A stretch of 64,000 nt of DNA from Minisyncoccota bacterium (GCA_023229865.1 JALNYL010000003.1:22109-86108), one strand, 5' to 3'; counted from the first letter of the stretch, positions 39,249 through 50,168 are shown. Program-made: numbers and translations. Notes: generated from the letters alone by a model not told the origin.

Positions 39249-40253
39249 TTACTTCTGCGCGAGGGTTGGGGTTGTGGCTGCTTTGACGAGCTTTTGCACG
39301 TCATCAAAACGCTCTTTGTAGCCCGAGCCAAGGACGACAATGACGACGGGATCGCCGATACCGCGGTCAAAAATTACAGTGAGATTCCCTCCTGAGAGCT
39401 CTGTGAAGCCCGTCTTTGAAGCGACGAGTCCGGGGATGTGCCCGACGATTTCATTGGTGTTGGGAAGAATATGTGCGATGTTGTCCTGCGAATAAATACG
39501 AGCATCTTTGTGTGCAGTCACTTCAATAACCTCGGGATATTTACCCCAAAGCTCTTCGAAAAGCATGGCGACATTACGCGCAGAACCATAGCCGCCATTT
39601 TGCGTATCACTCACATCAAGACCTGATTCGTTGAAAAACTGCATCTCTGCAAGCCCGAGCGCTACGGCTTTTTCATTCATCATTTGCACAAACTGCGCAC
39701 GCGCAACTGACATATCGAGAAACTTTTCAGGGTGACCATCGGCTCCCACAAATCCTGCGACAGCGTGTGCGGCGTCGTTTGAAGAAATAAGGAGCATTGC
39801 GTTCAAGATGTCATCGAGGCGCCAACGTTCTCCCGGGCGAAGACCTGAGTCCCCTTCTGCTTTCAAGTCGTCTTTTGTGAGCGTGACCACGACACTCCCC
39901 GACATACGCTCGCGTGCGACGAGTGTCGTCATGAGCTTGGTAATAGATGCGAGAGGAAGCTTTTCGTTCTCATTTTTTGCATAGAGCACTTCGCCAGTTT
40001 TCAAATCAGCCACATACGCCGCGCGTGCTTCAAGTGAAATATTTTCGAAAGGATTTATTTCGCGCTCGATGTTTTCTTTTTCTTGTTTTGGGAAAGAAGG
40101 AAGTGGCTGCTTTTCGATAACAAAAGAAATAAACCCCTGCAAGAGGAGTGTGATAGCGAGGCCGACGCCGAGCACAATCGCAAGCGCGCGCGCCTGCTTC
40201 ACGGTGATATGATTTTTATGATGCTTCGTTAACATGTTCTGTGTCGTCTGCAA
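39249..40253 (-). CDS. D-alanyl-D-alanine carboxypeptidase (S11 penicillin-binding protein)
   Basis: SITK (SxxK), SSND (SxN), KTG motifs; N-terminal TM. Confidence 0.88.
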   Translation of the reverse strand: MQTTQNMLTKHHKNHITVKQARALAIVLGVGLAITLLLQGFISFVIEKQPLPSFPKQEKENIEREINPFENISLEARAAYVADLKTGEVLYAKNENEKLPLASITKLMTTLVARERMSGSVVVTLTKDDLKAEGDSGLRPGERWRLDDILNAMLLISSNDAAHAVAGFVGADGHPEKFLDMSVARAQFVQMMNEKAVALGLAEMQFFNESGLDVSDTQNGGYGSARNVAMLFEELWGKYPEVIEVTAHKDARIYSQDNIAHILPNTNEIVGHIPGLVASKTGFTELSGGNLTVIFDRGIGDPVVIVVLGSGYKERFDDVQKLVKAATTPTLAQK

Positions 40254-40875
40254 CTTCGGTTCCCTCTTCTTCTGAGACTTCCGCCACTACAGTCTCCGAT
40301 TCTTCTAGAGCGACTTCTGGTTCATCCATTTCAGCGTCACTCTCTTTGCTCGACTCCTTAAACTCTTCGACAGATTTTTGTGCCTCTTCGTATCCTGGCA
40401 AATCTTCTACGCGACTAATCCCCAAATACGAAAGGAGCTCGAATGTTGGTTTGTACGCAGTACTACGTCCACCCTGATCTACTTTTTCGATGAGTCCACG
40501 AATGAGGAGGTTACGCAAAATATAATTTGAGTTCACACCACGGAGATAGTTGATCTCACTGCGAAGGATGGGGCCACGATAAAGCACCGTCGCGAGTGTC
40601 TCGAGACCTGCCTTGCCGAGCTCCTTGGTGAGTTCTTCTTTAAGGAGAGCTTCGATCGTAGGTCCCATCTGAGGAGCGGTGCCGAGCGTATATTCTTCGC
40701 CGTTTTGCTGCAAAACGATGCCGCGACCCGAAAGCTCCTGCTCAAGTGTCGCGAGTCCCTGACGCGCGTTTTCCTCCGAGGTGCCGAGGGATTTAGCCAA
40801 AAAAGCCACGGTGACTGGCTCGCCTTTGTAGAAAAGTAGTGCTTCGATTTGTCGAGAAAGTTCCATATTCGTCAT
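40216..40875 (-). CDS. scpB: segregation and condensation protein B
   Basis: tandem winged-helix ScpB signature; acidic C-terminal tail. Confidence 0.88.
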   Translation of the reverse strand: MTNMELSRQIEALLFYKGEPVTVAFLAKSLGTSEENARQGLATLEQELSGRGIVLQQNGEEYTLGTAPQMGPTIEALLKEELTKELGKAGLETLATVLYRGPILRSEINYLRGVNSNYILRNLLIRGLIEKVDQGGRSTAYKPTFELLSYLGISRVEDLPGYEEAQKSVEEFKESSKESDAEMDEPEVALEESETVVAEVSEEEGTEVADDTEHVNEAS

Positions 40876-41624
40876 TATATCACACCTTTATGAGCGCCGT
40901 AATTTGGTGTATCGAGGACGCCTGTTTCGATTTGGATATCATCGCTATTCTCCGCCTGAGTCACCGCAATCATGCCCTGCTTTACAAGCTCGAGCATTGC
41001 GAGAAAGCTCACGATCACATTTACCTTCTCCTCCTTCCCTACTCCTGCGAATTCTCGGAAGCTCATCCTGAGTTTGCTCGTGATGCGTGTCGTCAGGCGG
41101 TCCATCATTTCCTCGAGTGAGACAACTTTTTTGACAACCACTTTAGGAAGCGTAACTTTCTTTGGGAAATGTGCAATCACTTCATGAATGGCGGCAAAGA
41201 TGCTCTGCGGAGTGATTTCCTCACTTGGCGCAAATACCGCCTCGCGTTCGCGGGTCTGACCCTTAGGAAATGAAACCTTGGCACCAAAGCGCGCTTTCAC
41301 ATGCACAGAAAGCTCACGAATCTTTTGATATTCTCTGAGACGTCGCTCGAGTTCGTTGATGTCTTGCGTCTCCTCGGGGGTAAGATCGAGAGAAGGAAGA
41401 AGTGACTTCGACTTGATGAGAATAAGCGTCGAAGCAACAATGAGGAAGTTTGAAACGAAATCAACGGGCATCTTTTCAAACTGTCGCAAGTGAGCGATGT
41501 AATCATCCGCAACCTGCGCAAGCGAAATCTCATTGATAAAGAGTTTGCGTTTTTCGACAAGATCAAGCAGGAGCTCGAGTGGCCCCTCAAACACTTCTGT
41601 TTTTACTTGATAGTCAGGATTCAT
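40875..41624 (-). CDS. scpA: segregation and condensation protein A
   Basis: FEGPLELLLDL...ISLAQVADDY kleisin N-terminus. Confidence 0.88.
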   Translation of the reverse strand: MNPDYQVKTEVFEGPLELLLDLVEKRKLFINEISLAQVADDYIAHLRQFEKMPVDFVSNFLIVASTLILIKSKSLLPSLDLTPEETQDINELERRLREYQKIRELSVHVKARFGAKVSFPKGQTREREAVFAPSEEITPQSIFAAIHEVIAHFPKKVTLPKVVVKKVVSLEEMMDRLTTRITSKLRMSFREFAGVGKEEKVNVIVSFLAMLELVKQGMIAVTQAENSDDIQIETGVLDTPNYGAHKGVI

Positions 41625-41633
41625 TTTGTTGAA

Positions 41634-43031
41634 TTACTTCTTCTTCGTGATGTTGATGCCGAGTTCCTGGAGTTGCTCGTGACTAATCTCTGAAGGCGAT
41701 TCCATCATTGGGTCGCGGCCTTCACCAGTCTTTGCAAATGCAATCACTTCGCGGATATTTGGCTCGTTGTGAAGAATCATCATCAAACGATCAAAGCCGA
41801 ATGCGAGACCGCCGTGTGGAGGTGTGCCTGACGCAAGTGCGGTGAGCATGTGTCCAAAGTTTTTCTCAATACCTTCGAGTGAGTGCCCCATAATCTCAAA
41901 AACTTTCTTGAGTGCTTCTGGATTATGATTACGAATACTACCGCCACCAATCTCGAAACCGTTGAGCGCCATATCGTACTGCGCAGCGAGGATACCCTCG
42001 ATATTTTTCTTCTCCATCAAATCCTGCATAAACTCTGGCTTTGGAGCCGAGAAAGGATTGTGGGTAAATGTCCATGCGCCCGTGTCCGTCTTCTCAAAGA
42101 ATGGGAAATCAACAACCCAAACGAACGCCAAAAGATTTGGATCTTCTTTGTCTTCACGAATATCTGGCTTGTCGTTGCCGTATTTCTCCATCGCCTCTTT
42201 GTAAGGAATGCGTGGAAAAGGCACCTGCTGAATGCGCTTCTCAGGATAAAGCTTGGTCACCATATCGATGATGAGCGCTTCGTTGATCTGCATCACGTCC
42301 TCCTCGGTGACGAAACTCATCTCCATATCGATCTGCGTAAACTCTGGCTGACGGTCACCGCGTGTGTCCTCATCACGGAAACAACGTGCCACCTGCACAT
42401 AGCGCTCAAAACCTGCAGCCATGAGAAGCTGCTTGTACTGCTGAGGTGACTGAGGGAGTGCGTAGAACTTGCCCTGGTCGAGACGTGAAGGGACTACGTA
42501 GTCACGAGAACCTTCAGGGGTCGACTTGGTAAGCGAAGGAGTTTCAATCTCCATAAATCCATGCTGTGCATAAAAATTGCGGAGATGGAGGAGTACGTCG
42601 TGACGCATGCGGAAATTGCGCTGCATACGTGGACGACGGAGGTCGAGGTAGCGATACTTGAGACGTGTCTCTTCACCAATCTCGTGACCATCAGACGATA
42701 CGTCAAATACAGGAGTCTCTGCTTCATTTAATATTTCGATACCGAGAACCTCGAGCTCGATGTCGCCATTGGGAACACCAGCCTTTACATTGCGCTCGGG
42801 GCGCTTGTTGACCTTTGCGGATACACGTACCACCCACTCAGGGCGGACACGCTGTGCAACCTCGAGAGCCTCGGTGTGCATAGGGAGGACCACTGCCTGC
42901 ACCTTGCCTTTTACGTCACGCAAATCAAGGAAAACCATCTTACCCTGATCACGGCGAACATCGATCCATCCCGAGATAGATACTTCTTCTCCAACCTTAT
43001 TCTGCAAATCGTTAATGTATGTTCGTGTCAT
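41634..43031 (-). CDS. aspS: aspartate--tRNA ligase, bacterial-type motifs but lacking the GAD insertion domain
   Basis: OB-fold N-domain, FRDEDTRGDRQPEFTQIDMEMSF motif 2, GGGSIR motif 3; 465 aa vs ~590 aa. Confidence 0.88.
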   Translation of the reverse strand: MTRTYINDLQNKVGEEVSISGWIDVRRDQGKMVFLDLRDVKGKVQAVVLPMHTEALEVAQRVRPEWVVRVSAKVNKRPERNVKAGVPNGDIELEVLGIEILNEAETPVFDVSSDGHEIGEETRLKYRYLDLRRPRMQRNFRMRHDVLLHLRNFYAQHGFMEIETPSLTKSTPEGSRDYVVPSRLDQGKFYALPQSPQQYKQLLMAAGFERYVQVARCFRDEDTRGDRQPEFTQIDMEMSFVTEEDVMQINEALIIDMVTKLYPEKRIQQVPFPRIPYKEAMEKYGNDKPDIREDKEDPNLLAFVWVVDFPFFEKTDTGAWTFTHNPFSAPKPEFMQDLMEKKNIEGILAAQYDMALNGFEIGGGSIRNHNPEALKKVFEIMGHSLEGIEKNFGHMLTALASGTPPHGGLAFGFDRLMMILHNEPNIREVIAFAKTGEGRDPMMESPSEISHEQLQELGINITKKK

Positions 43032-43035
43032 GATG

Positions 43036-43281
43036 TTAGTGGTAAATTTCTTTTTTAACTCTCTCTATTGCTTCATCGTGTGTCCCCTTTTCTGCTAGTT
43101 CTTCAAGAATAAATGGGTCTCGTTTTGTTAGCTCATCAAAATCCTTTGCGTGCTTCTCAATCCAGGAGAGAAGTGGTTCATCTTCCTCAAACGCAAGCTG
43201 TATTTGCGTAAGATTGCGTGTCATCTGAAGAATCTCGTTATTATTTTGCTGCCCGCTACCGAATTGTTCCATCTGTCCCAT
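43036..43281 (-). CDS. hypothetical small acidic protein (81 aa)
   Basis: compact ORF between aspS and trpS, 4-5 nt spacing. Confidence 0.45.
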   Translation of the reverse strand: MGQMEQFGSGQQNNNEILQMTRNLTQIQLAFEEDEPLLSWIEKHAKDFDELTKRDPFILEELAEKGTHDEAIERVKKEIYH

Positions 43282-43286
43282 AATAA

Positions 43287-44258
43287 TTATTTAAGCGTTA
43301 GGCCAACTTTTGCACGCACGTCAATCATCATCTTTTGTGCTTGAGCGCGTGCCACTTCCCCGCCCTCGCGCAAAATCCTCATCACCGCCTCGGGGTCGCG
43401 CGCGATTTCCTCACGGCGTGTGCGCATTGGCGAAATGAATGCGATAATTTTTGCGACGAGCAAATCTTTTGATTCTTTGTAGCCAATACCGCCCTTCTCA
43501 TAGCGTGCGCGGAGTGCCTCGAGTTCTTCTCCGGGGAAAAGTTCGTGGAGTGCAAACACTTTACAGGTTGCAGGATCCTTGGGCTCCTCGACACCTTTTG
43601 AATCGGTCGGAATACTCATCACTGCTTTTTTGATCTCCTCGTCGGTACCAAAAAGTGGAATGGTGTTGTTGTAACTCTTGCTCATCTTGCGACCATCGGT
43701 ACCCACCACGGTCTGCACATTTTCGAGAATAATTGGCTCGGGCATTTTGAATGTCTCACCGAATGCGTTGTTAAATTTCTGCGCAGTGTCACGCGCGATC
43801 TCGATGTGTTGCTTCTGATCAAGACCGACAGGGACCACATCAGCGTTGTAAACCAAGATATCCGCCGCCATAAGAATTGGGTAATCAAAGAGACCGACGT
43901 TTACTTCATGATTTTTTGCTTCTGCGTCCTTGAATGCGTGAGCGCGAGAAAGATATGGCACCGTCGTGAGTGTATTGAAAATCCACGCGAGCTCTGTCAC
44001 CTCAGGCACATCAGACTGAAGGAAGAGTGTCGTCTTCTTGGGGTCGATACCGATAGCGAGATAATCCATCGCGAGGTCGAGGGTGAGTTTCTTCAAAAGC
44101 TCTCCGTCAGAAACGCTCGTGAGGGCGTGATAGTTGGCAATAAAGATAAACTGACGGTAGTCATCCTGACGGTCCACAAACTGGCGCATAGCGCCAAAAT
44201 AATTGCCCAAATGTACGATGCCGGTGGGTTTCACCCCTGAAAGTAGCGTCTTTTGCAT
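43287..44258 (-). CDS. trpS: tryptophan--tRNA ligase
   Basis: GVKPTGIVHLGNY (HIGH-type) and KMSKS motifs, 323 aa. Confidence 0.93.
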   Translation of the reverse strand: MQKTLLSGVKPTGIVHLGNYFGAMRQFVDRQDDYRQFIFIANYHALTSVSDGELLKKLTLDLAMDYLAIGIDPKKTTLFLQSDVPEVTELAWIFNTLTTVPYLSRAHAFKDAEAKNHEVNVGLFDYPILMAADILVYNADVVPVGLDQKQHIEIARDTAQKFNNAFGETFKMPEPIILENVQTVVGTDGRKMSKSYNNTIPLFGTDEEIKKAVMSIPTDSKGVEEPKDPATCKVFALHELFPGEELEALRARYEKGGIGYKESKDLLVAKIIAFISPMRTRREEIARDPEAVMRILREGGEVARAQAQKMMIDVRAKVGLTLK

Positions 44259-44375
44259 CCATCCATATTACCAGAAATCGGCTGTTTTCAAAAGGTTTCA
44301 AGAAATCTGGAAGCTTTTCCCATAAAGACATGGGCCGTTGTGCAAAGCACAACGGCCCATGTCTTATTCAATATT

Positions 44376-46046
44376 CTATATTCCAACCTTCGCATCGAGC
44401 TCCACGTAAAACGTCGAACCATGCCCCTCCCCCTTTGACTCGCCCCAGATGCGACCTTCGTGCTTTTTGATAACCTCCTTGGCTACATAAAGCCCAAGCC
44501 CTGTACCCTCGGTGTACACCTTGCTTACCCCCTCCGCGCGACTAAATTTCTTAAAAATCTTTTCTTTGGTTTCTTCACTCATCCCGATGCCCGTATCAGA
44601 GACACTGAAAAGAATATTCTTTTTGTCAGGGCTCTTTGAGAGAAGGAGTGATACCTCCCCCTTAGGGGTATACTTGATCGCATTATCAATAAGATTTGAG
44701 ACCACCTGGCGAAGCTTACCCTCATCCCCAACCGTAACAAAAGAAACCCCCTGCTCTATCCCCTCGTCGATAATGACATCAAAAATCAAATCCTGATGAA
44801 GCGCTGTCGGCCTCATTTCTTCAGCCAAATCAAGCACAAGCTTTTTTGCATCAACATCCCTAAATACATATTTCATATTCCCACTCTCGATATTTGAAAT
44901 ATTAAGAAAGTCAGAGATCATCGCAAGAAGACGTCCGCTTGAATCAAATATTTTTTCTACTGCCTCACGAGCAGAAGCAGAAAGTTCACCAAGCGATCCC
45001 TCGAGAAGCATGGAAGAGTACCCGCGCACCACCGTGAGTGGGTCGCGCAAATGATGCGAAGTGACCGAAAGAAAATCTGATTTTTTCTTATCGAGAGTTT
45101 TGAGGCGATGTGAAATCAAATTAATATCAAAGAGAAGGCGCGTGATTTTCTCCTTGGACTCTATCTCGCGCTTTACACTTCCGTCCAAAAACGAGGCAGA
45201 GACGACCACAAGGACAGTGATAGCAGTCTTGAGCAAGAGATCTGCAAACGAACTCGCGAAAAATATTTCTGCAATGAGGATAAGGACGATTCCCGAGATA
45301 AACAGCTCGGTCATAATCACTTTTGTGTTCCAAAAATTGTACTTGGTAATAATAAATGCAGAAGCAAACATAAGCAGAGCAACGCTCACATGCCCGCCCC
45401 AAAACAAATCGTGGCTACCTCCAAAAAATATCGGAGAGAGAAGCGAGGTCAGAATAGCAAGCACGTACGCCGCCGCCGTAGCAAGAGCAAGCTCGCGCAT
45501 CGCCACCTTAAAAATCCCCGCGCTCTCGCGATATTTTTTCACAATCACAATGAGCGCCACAATCAAAAAGGCAATGATATACAACGCGTAAACCCAAAAC
45601 AATTCCCCGAAAATTATTTTGTGCGATAAATTAGAAGAAATAGGGGCACTCGTTACAATAACTTGAGGAGAGGTAAGGAGAACCCATGTGATAAGCAAGT
45701 ATGGGGCAAAGAATAAAGCGATGAAAACTGGGTGAATCTTTTTTTGCTCAAATGAAAATACATACAGGAACAGAAAAAGAAAGACGGGAACGGCGGCGGC
45801 GGAAGCATAAAGCGCCGTTACCCCCATCTGTGCAAGGGGGGTCCCGATACTTCCCTCAAAAAATGCGTACGAAGCTCCCCATACCACCGTCATTACTGCA
45901 AGTGCAAGAAAAAAAATACTGCTACGTTTCTTGGTGTCTTGCCAAAAAATAATCCACGCAAGAAGAAGCGAGAAGAGGCTCGCGCCCACGACGATCCAGC
46001 CGTCGACAGAGACATTATTGATGAGTTCAAAGAAAGAGACGGGCAT
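44376..46046 (-). CDS. sensor histidine kinase with multi-TM N-terminal sensor domain
   Basis: ~8 TM helices; HisKA H-box VTSHHLRDPLT; HATPase N, G1 (SDTGIGM), G2 boxes. Confidence 0.88.
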   Translation of the reverse strand: MPVSFFELINNVSVDGWIVVGASLFSLLLAWIIFWQDTKKRSSIFFLALAVMTVVWGASYAFFEGSIGTPLAQMGVTALYASAAAVPVFLFLFLYVFSFEQKKIHPVFIALFFAPYLLITWVLLTSPQVIVTSAPISSNLSHKIIFGELFWVYALYIIAFLIVALIVIVKKYRESAGIFKVAMRELALATAAAYVLAILTSLLSPIFFGGSHDLFWGGHVSVALLMFASAFIITKYNFWNTKVIMTELFISGIVLILIAEIFFASSFADLLLKTAITVLVVVSASFLDGSVKREIESKEKITRLLFDINLISHRLKTLDKKKSDFLSVTSHHLRDPLTVVRGYSSMLLEGSLGELSASAREAVEKIFDSSGRLLAMISDFLNISNIESGNMKYVFRDVDAKKLVLDLAEEMRPTALHQDLIFDVIIDEGIEQGVSFVTVGDEGKLRQVVSNLIDNAIKYTPKGEVSLLLSKSPDKKNILFSVSDTGIGMSEETKEKIFKKFSRAEGVSKVYTEGTGLGLYVAKEVIKKHEGRIWGESKGEGHGSTFYVELDAKVGI

Positions 46047-46078
46047 AATGAAAGTATACTCTACGGAGATTAAAACCT

Positions 46079-47791
46079 CTAGACGGCAGGGGTGCTTGCC
46101 TTGTGGTTTTGAGGAATCTCAACCACGACCGTGACACCACTATTTACTCCAGCTGACTCAAGATAAAGCATCCCGTGATGAGCCTCGATGATTTCGCGTG
46201 CAATGTAAAGCCCGAGGCCAGGAGTCCCCGCACTTGATCTCTCAGAGTCAATACCTTGATCCATCCCAGAATGACGCACTCCCTCATGCTGAGACTGTTT
46301 AGAGAATGCTTCGATTTGAGAAGAGGTCATCCCCGCGCCCGTATCAGAAACAATGAGACGTATCTTGTGCCCAACAGTGTCATTCATAATAAACACATGA
46401 ACAGAACCATGCGGAGGCGTATACTTGAGCGCATTTTCAAGAATGTGGCGCACTACCTGTTTAAATTTTTTCTGATCAATGGCAATGAAAAAATTGTTGG
46501 GGACCTGCGCATCGAAAACGAAATCAATTTTTGCCGCCTGAATACGCGACTTTGCTTCTGCAAAAATACTCTGAACAAAATCTTTAAAATTTGTTGTTTC
46601 AAAATTAAGCGCCCCTCTCCCCTGCTCGATGCGCGAGATGGTAAGCAAATCTTCTACGAGCTCTACTAATTTCATGTTTGAATCATAAAGCTTTTCTACT
46701 GCGCCGCGAGTGACAGGGACAAGCGTGCCAAACGTCCCTTCAAGCAACATCGAAGTGTATCCTTTTATTATCGTAAGGGGTGTGCGAAGCTGATGTGAAG
46801 CGATAGATACGAATTCTGTCTTTTGCTCTTCCATTTTGCGCAAACGTTCATTTGCGACCTCCATCTCCGCCACGAGACCTTCAATCTTTTCGCGGTCCTG
46901 GATGTCTTTGTAGATGCCACGCATCAAAACAAAGCTGAATTCAATCATAAACAAGAACACGAGGATATTGAGGACGAGGTCGATGCTTCTACTTGAAGTA
47001 AAAATATTGAGGAACAAAAAGAGATTGAGGAGAAGGACTGCCATCTCGACAAGGATGAGCTTGATATCAAAAAGTTGATGCTTAACAATCGCGTAGGAAA
47101 TAATGAGCGGGTAGAGGAACACCGTCATGTTCATGTATGGATAAATATCAATCCCATATACTGGCAAAAAGTTGAACGCGCCACCAGCGAAACTCACGCC
47201 CATCCCAAAGAAGAAAAATTTGATTTTATCTTTAATAAATCTATCTTTGCTTTCTTTGAATCCCTCCCATAGAAGGTAATGACTGTACGCCGTCAGAACA
47301 AAAAACATTGTCGTATATAATGGGTAAAAAAGACCCGGAGGAGAGTCGAAGTAAAACTCCCCAAACACGAAGCGCATATTGTCGATGAAAAGTCCGTCAG
47401 TAAAGTCCGCGATCAAGAGAAGACCAGCGAGTACATAAAAAATCACGAGAACTTTTGTTTTTTCTTTCCCTAAAAATTCATATACAAAGTGCAAAAAAAC
47501 TACAGGAATCAAGATTGCTCCAATGTGCCCAATCTTCCACCACAGAGCCGCAACGTCGGGTGTTAAGGCCCCGCCAACGAAGTAGATACCGAGCCCAAAG
47601 AGAAATACGCAAAAACAAAAAAAGGACCAGAGACGATGAAGCTTATTCTTGCCAATGAACAACATGAGCCCCGCCATCAAACCACTCGTGACAGCAATAA
47701 GAAGTCCTGACAAACTATAAATAGTCATGACATATATTATAAGCGAGATATCGTTTATGTCATAGTATTTTTCAGCCAAAAAGAAAAACAA
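46079..47791 (-). CDS. sensor histidine kinase (paralog of preceding)
   Basis: ~8 TM; IASHQLRTPLT H-box; SDTGAGM G-box. Confidence 0.88.
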   Translation of the reverse strand: MFFFLAEKYYDINDISLIIYVMTIYSLSGLLIAVTSGLMAGLMLFIGKNKLHRLWSFFCFCVFLFGLGIYFVGGALTPDVAALWWKIGHIGAILIPVVFLHFVYEFLGKEKTKVLVIFYVLAGLLLIADFTDGLFIDNMRFVFGEFYFDSPPGLFYPLYTTMFFVLTAYSHYLLWEGFKESKDRFIKDKIKFFFFGMGVSFAGGAFNFLPVYGIDIYPYMNMTVFLYPLIISYAIVKHQLFDIKLILVEMAVLLLNLFLFLNIFTSSRSIDLVLNILVFLFMIEFSFVLMRGIYKDIQDREKIEGLVAEMEVANERLRKMEEQKTEFVSIASHQLRTPLTIIKGYTSMLLEGTFGTLVPVTRGAVEKLYDSNMKLVELVEDLLTISRIEQGRGALNFETTNFKDFVQSIFAEAKSRIQAAKIDFVFDAQVPNNFFIAIDQKKFKQVVRHILENALKYTPPHGSVHVFIMNDTVGHKIRLIVSDTGAGMTSSQIEAFSKQSQHEGVRHSGMDQGIDSERSSAGTPGLGLYIAREIIEAHHGMLYLESAGVNSGVTVVVEIPQNHKASTPAV

Positions 47792-47826
47792 GCAGTACCT
47801 AAGTACTGCTTGTAAAGAACGAACGA

Positions 47827-48966
47827 TTATTTTTTTCCGAAATCCACAGACATCGCGTAGTCGAGCATCATGCAGAGCATCTTCTCATCGACCTTGGGAT
47901 GCTTGGGGTAGTTATCCCCCAGCGCATTGACCAAATTATCGCACTTAAAGATGGTGCCGTGCTTCACATACGGTTGGTAGATCCTGATGTTCTCCGTGAC
48001 CCCGCCCTGAATCTTCGCCAAGAATGGCGTCAGTTTGGAATTGTCCGCAGGGCCATACATGACCCCCGCAATGCGCATATGCGCGAGAGAGACTTCGATG
48101 ACCTCCTTGACCCGCATAGGGTTTTGATCGACAAGATGATACGTCCGATCAGAACTCGGCAACGAAAGGAGCTGGGACAAAACGAGAGCGACCCAATCGA
48201 CGCAAACCATGTTGAGAACCGACGTTTCGGAGCAATCGATGAAAAGCGGGATATTCATCACGCCGTGTTCATCGAATGTCACACCCTTGCTCGCACAGTC
48301 CCCCTGGTCTGCATCCCAGCGCCGACGCCAGCTCTTGAGCATGCGCCAGAACGGAATGAAGAAGCCATAGTAGCTGTGAAAGGTCAGGACCTCGCCATCA
48401 GTAGAGCTACCGAGAACGATAGGCAAACGCGAGATAGTGAAATTAATACTCGGCCAAGCGTGCACGAGTTTCTCGGCGGCGATCTTGGAGCGCTCGTAGG
48501 GGTTGAAAAACTCTTGCCCCACGTCGAGATCAGTCTCGCGAAAGATTTCGGATGTCCCCGAGATGTACGCAGTGCTGATGTAATGGAAGTCCGTGACGCC
48601 AAGGGCATCAGCGAGCTCCAACATGTTTTGCGTACCGACAAAATTGGTCTTCCACACGCTGTCGGCGTCCTTCTCTTCGAAGCTGATCGCAGCTGCGGCG
48701 TGCAGAATCTTGTCGACTTTGCCATACCACTTCGCAACATCCTCGACGGAAAAACCACCGATAGGCAGCGTGATGTCGCCTTCGATTGCGATATCCATCC
48801 CTTCGCGAACCACCGGCAAGATTTTCGCCAGACGTGCTTGCGCATCGTCATCGCCAGAGGGGCGAATCAGATAGAGAATGCGATAGTCATGCTTCTGCAA
48901 AACCATGGCGAGCTCGGAAACAACTTGTCCCGTAACGCCCGTGAGCAAAACGGTATTCTTTTTCAT
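47827..48966 (-). CDS. SDR-type NAD(P)-dependent reductase (thioester-reductase / NAD_binding_4-like)
   Basis: LLTGVTGQV Rossmann motif, STAYISG, YERSK catalytic YxxxK. Confidence 0.75.
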   Translation of the reverse strand: MKKNTVLLTGVTGQVVSELAMVLQKHDYRILYLIRPSGDDDAQARLAKILPVVREGMDIAIEGDITLPIGGFSVEDVAKWYGKVDKILHAAAAISFEEKDADSVWKTNFVGTQNMLELADALGVTDFHYISTAYISGTSEIFRETDLDVGQEFFNPYERSKIAAEKLVHAWPSINFTISRLPIVLGSSTDGEVLTFHSYYGFFIPFWRMLKSWRRRWDADQGDCASKGVTFDEHGVMNIPLFIDCSETSVLNMVCVDWVALVLSQLLSLPSSDRTYHLVDQNPMRVKEVIEVSLAHMRIAGVMYGPADNSKLTPFLAKIQGGVTENIRIYQPYVKHGTIFKCDNLVNALGDNYPKHPKVDEKMLCMMLDYAMSVDFGKK

Positions 48967-49088
48967 CTTGAATCTCCTTTGAAAGACCTGCTTAAAAATG
49001 AAAAGAAGTTGACATTAATCAACTTCTTATCTTCTAACTCCGTAAAGAGTTAACCATATTTTTGAGCGAATGTAAATTAACGCCGATT

Positions 49089-50168
49089 TTAAAGGCCTTC
49101 TTTCTTGAGTTCTTCGATGAGTTTTTCTGCAGTGCGAGAAAGTTTCGCAGGGGTTTTCACTTCAAGCTTGATGAAGAGGTCGCCACGGCGCTTGCCATCG
49201 TAGGGTACGCCTTTTTCTTTTACGCGCAAGACTTCGCCTGAAGAAACACCTTTTGGAATCTTGAGTTTAATCTCGCCGTCGAGGGTCTCTACTGAATACT
49301 CTGCACCCAAAATAGCATCGGTGAGTTTTACGGGAAGTGTCATCACAAGACTGTAGCCTTCACGTTTGAAAACCTTGTGTGCGCCTACATGGATGCGCAC
49401 ATAGAGGTCGCCTGGCTTGCCGTTTTGAATAGCTTCCCCTGCTCCCGTAAGACGAACTTGCTCACCGTTTTGGATTCCTGCTGGGACACGAATAGTGATT
49501 TCTTCTTGCTTGCGGATAACGCCCGCGCCCTTACAGGTCGAACATTTTTCTTCGGGCACCTTACCTGCGCCGAAACAAGTAGCACACTCACGCTCTTGTG
49601 CGAATGAGCCAAGGATAGTGCGGACAGTTTCCTGAGTACGACCCTTGCCCTTACACTGCGAACACTCTTTCGTCTTTGTGTTTGGCTTTGCGCCACTGCC
49701 GTTACAAGTATCACACTGCGCTGTTTTTGTAATGCGAACTTTTTCTTCTACACCAAAGACTGCCTCTGAAAATGATATCTCGAGATCAACGGCAACATCG
49801 CGACCGCGACGCGCTTGCTGACGACGTCCACCACCTCCAAAGAAATCGCCAAAGATATCATTGAGGTCAACACCTTCAAAACCTTGTCCGCCGAAGCCGC
49901 CCTGAAAACCACCGAAGCCAGAAGCATCAAAACCTCCCTGCCCGCCAAAGCCCTGATTGGGCCCCGCGCTTCCGTAAGCGTCGTACTGTTGACGCTTCTT
50001 CTCGTCAGAGAGAATGGCGTATGCCTCACTCGCCTCTTTGAATTTCTCGGCATCACCGCCTTTGTCGGGGTGATGTTGGTGCGCGAGTTTACGGAACGCT
50101 TTTTTGATTTCGTCCTGAGATGCGTTTTTTTCAACGCCAAGTGTTTTGTAATAATCTTTTTGTGACAT
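49089..50168 (-). CDS. dnaJ: molecular chaperone DnaJ
   Basis: J-domain with HPD, G/F region, four CxxCxGxG zinc-finger repeats. Confidence 0.95.
   Translation of the reverse strand: MSQKDYYKTLGVEKNASQDEIKKAFRKLAHQHHPDKGGDAEKFKEASEAYAILSDEKKRQQYDAYGSAGPNQGFGGQGGFDASGFGGFQGGFGGQGFEGVDLNDIFGDFFGGGGRRQQARRGRDVAVDLEISFSEAVFGVEEKVRITKTAQCDTCNGSGAKPNTKTKECSQCKGKGRTQETVRTILGSFAQERECATCFGAGKVPEEKCSTCKGAGVIRKQEEITIRVPAGIQNGEQVRLTGAGEAIQNGKPGDLYVRIHVGAHKVFKREGYSLVMTLPVKLTDAILGAEYSVETLDGEIKLKIPKGVSSGEVLRVKEKGVPYDGKRRGDLFIKLEVKTPAKLSRTAEKLIEELKKEGL

Noticed and set aside
47899-49053. 384-aa + strand ORF
   Set aside because: Antisense shadow ORF fully inside the SDR reductase gene (47827-48966, minus), which has clear Rossmann and YxxxK motifs; the + ORF has no motifs or RBS.
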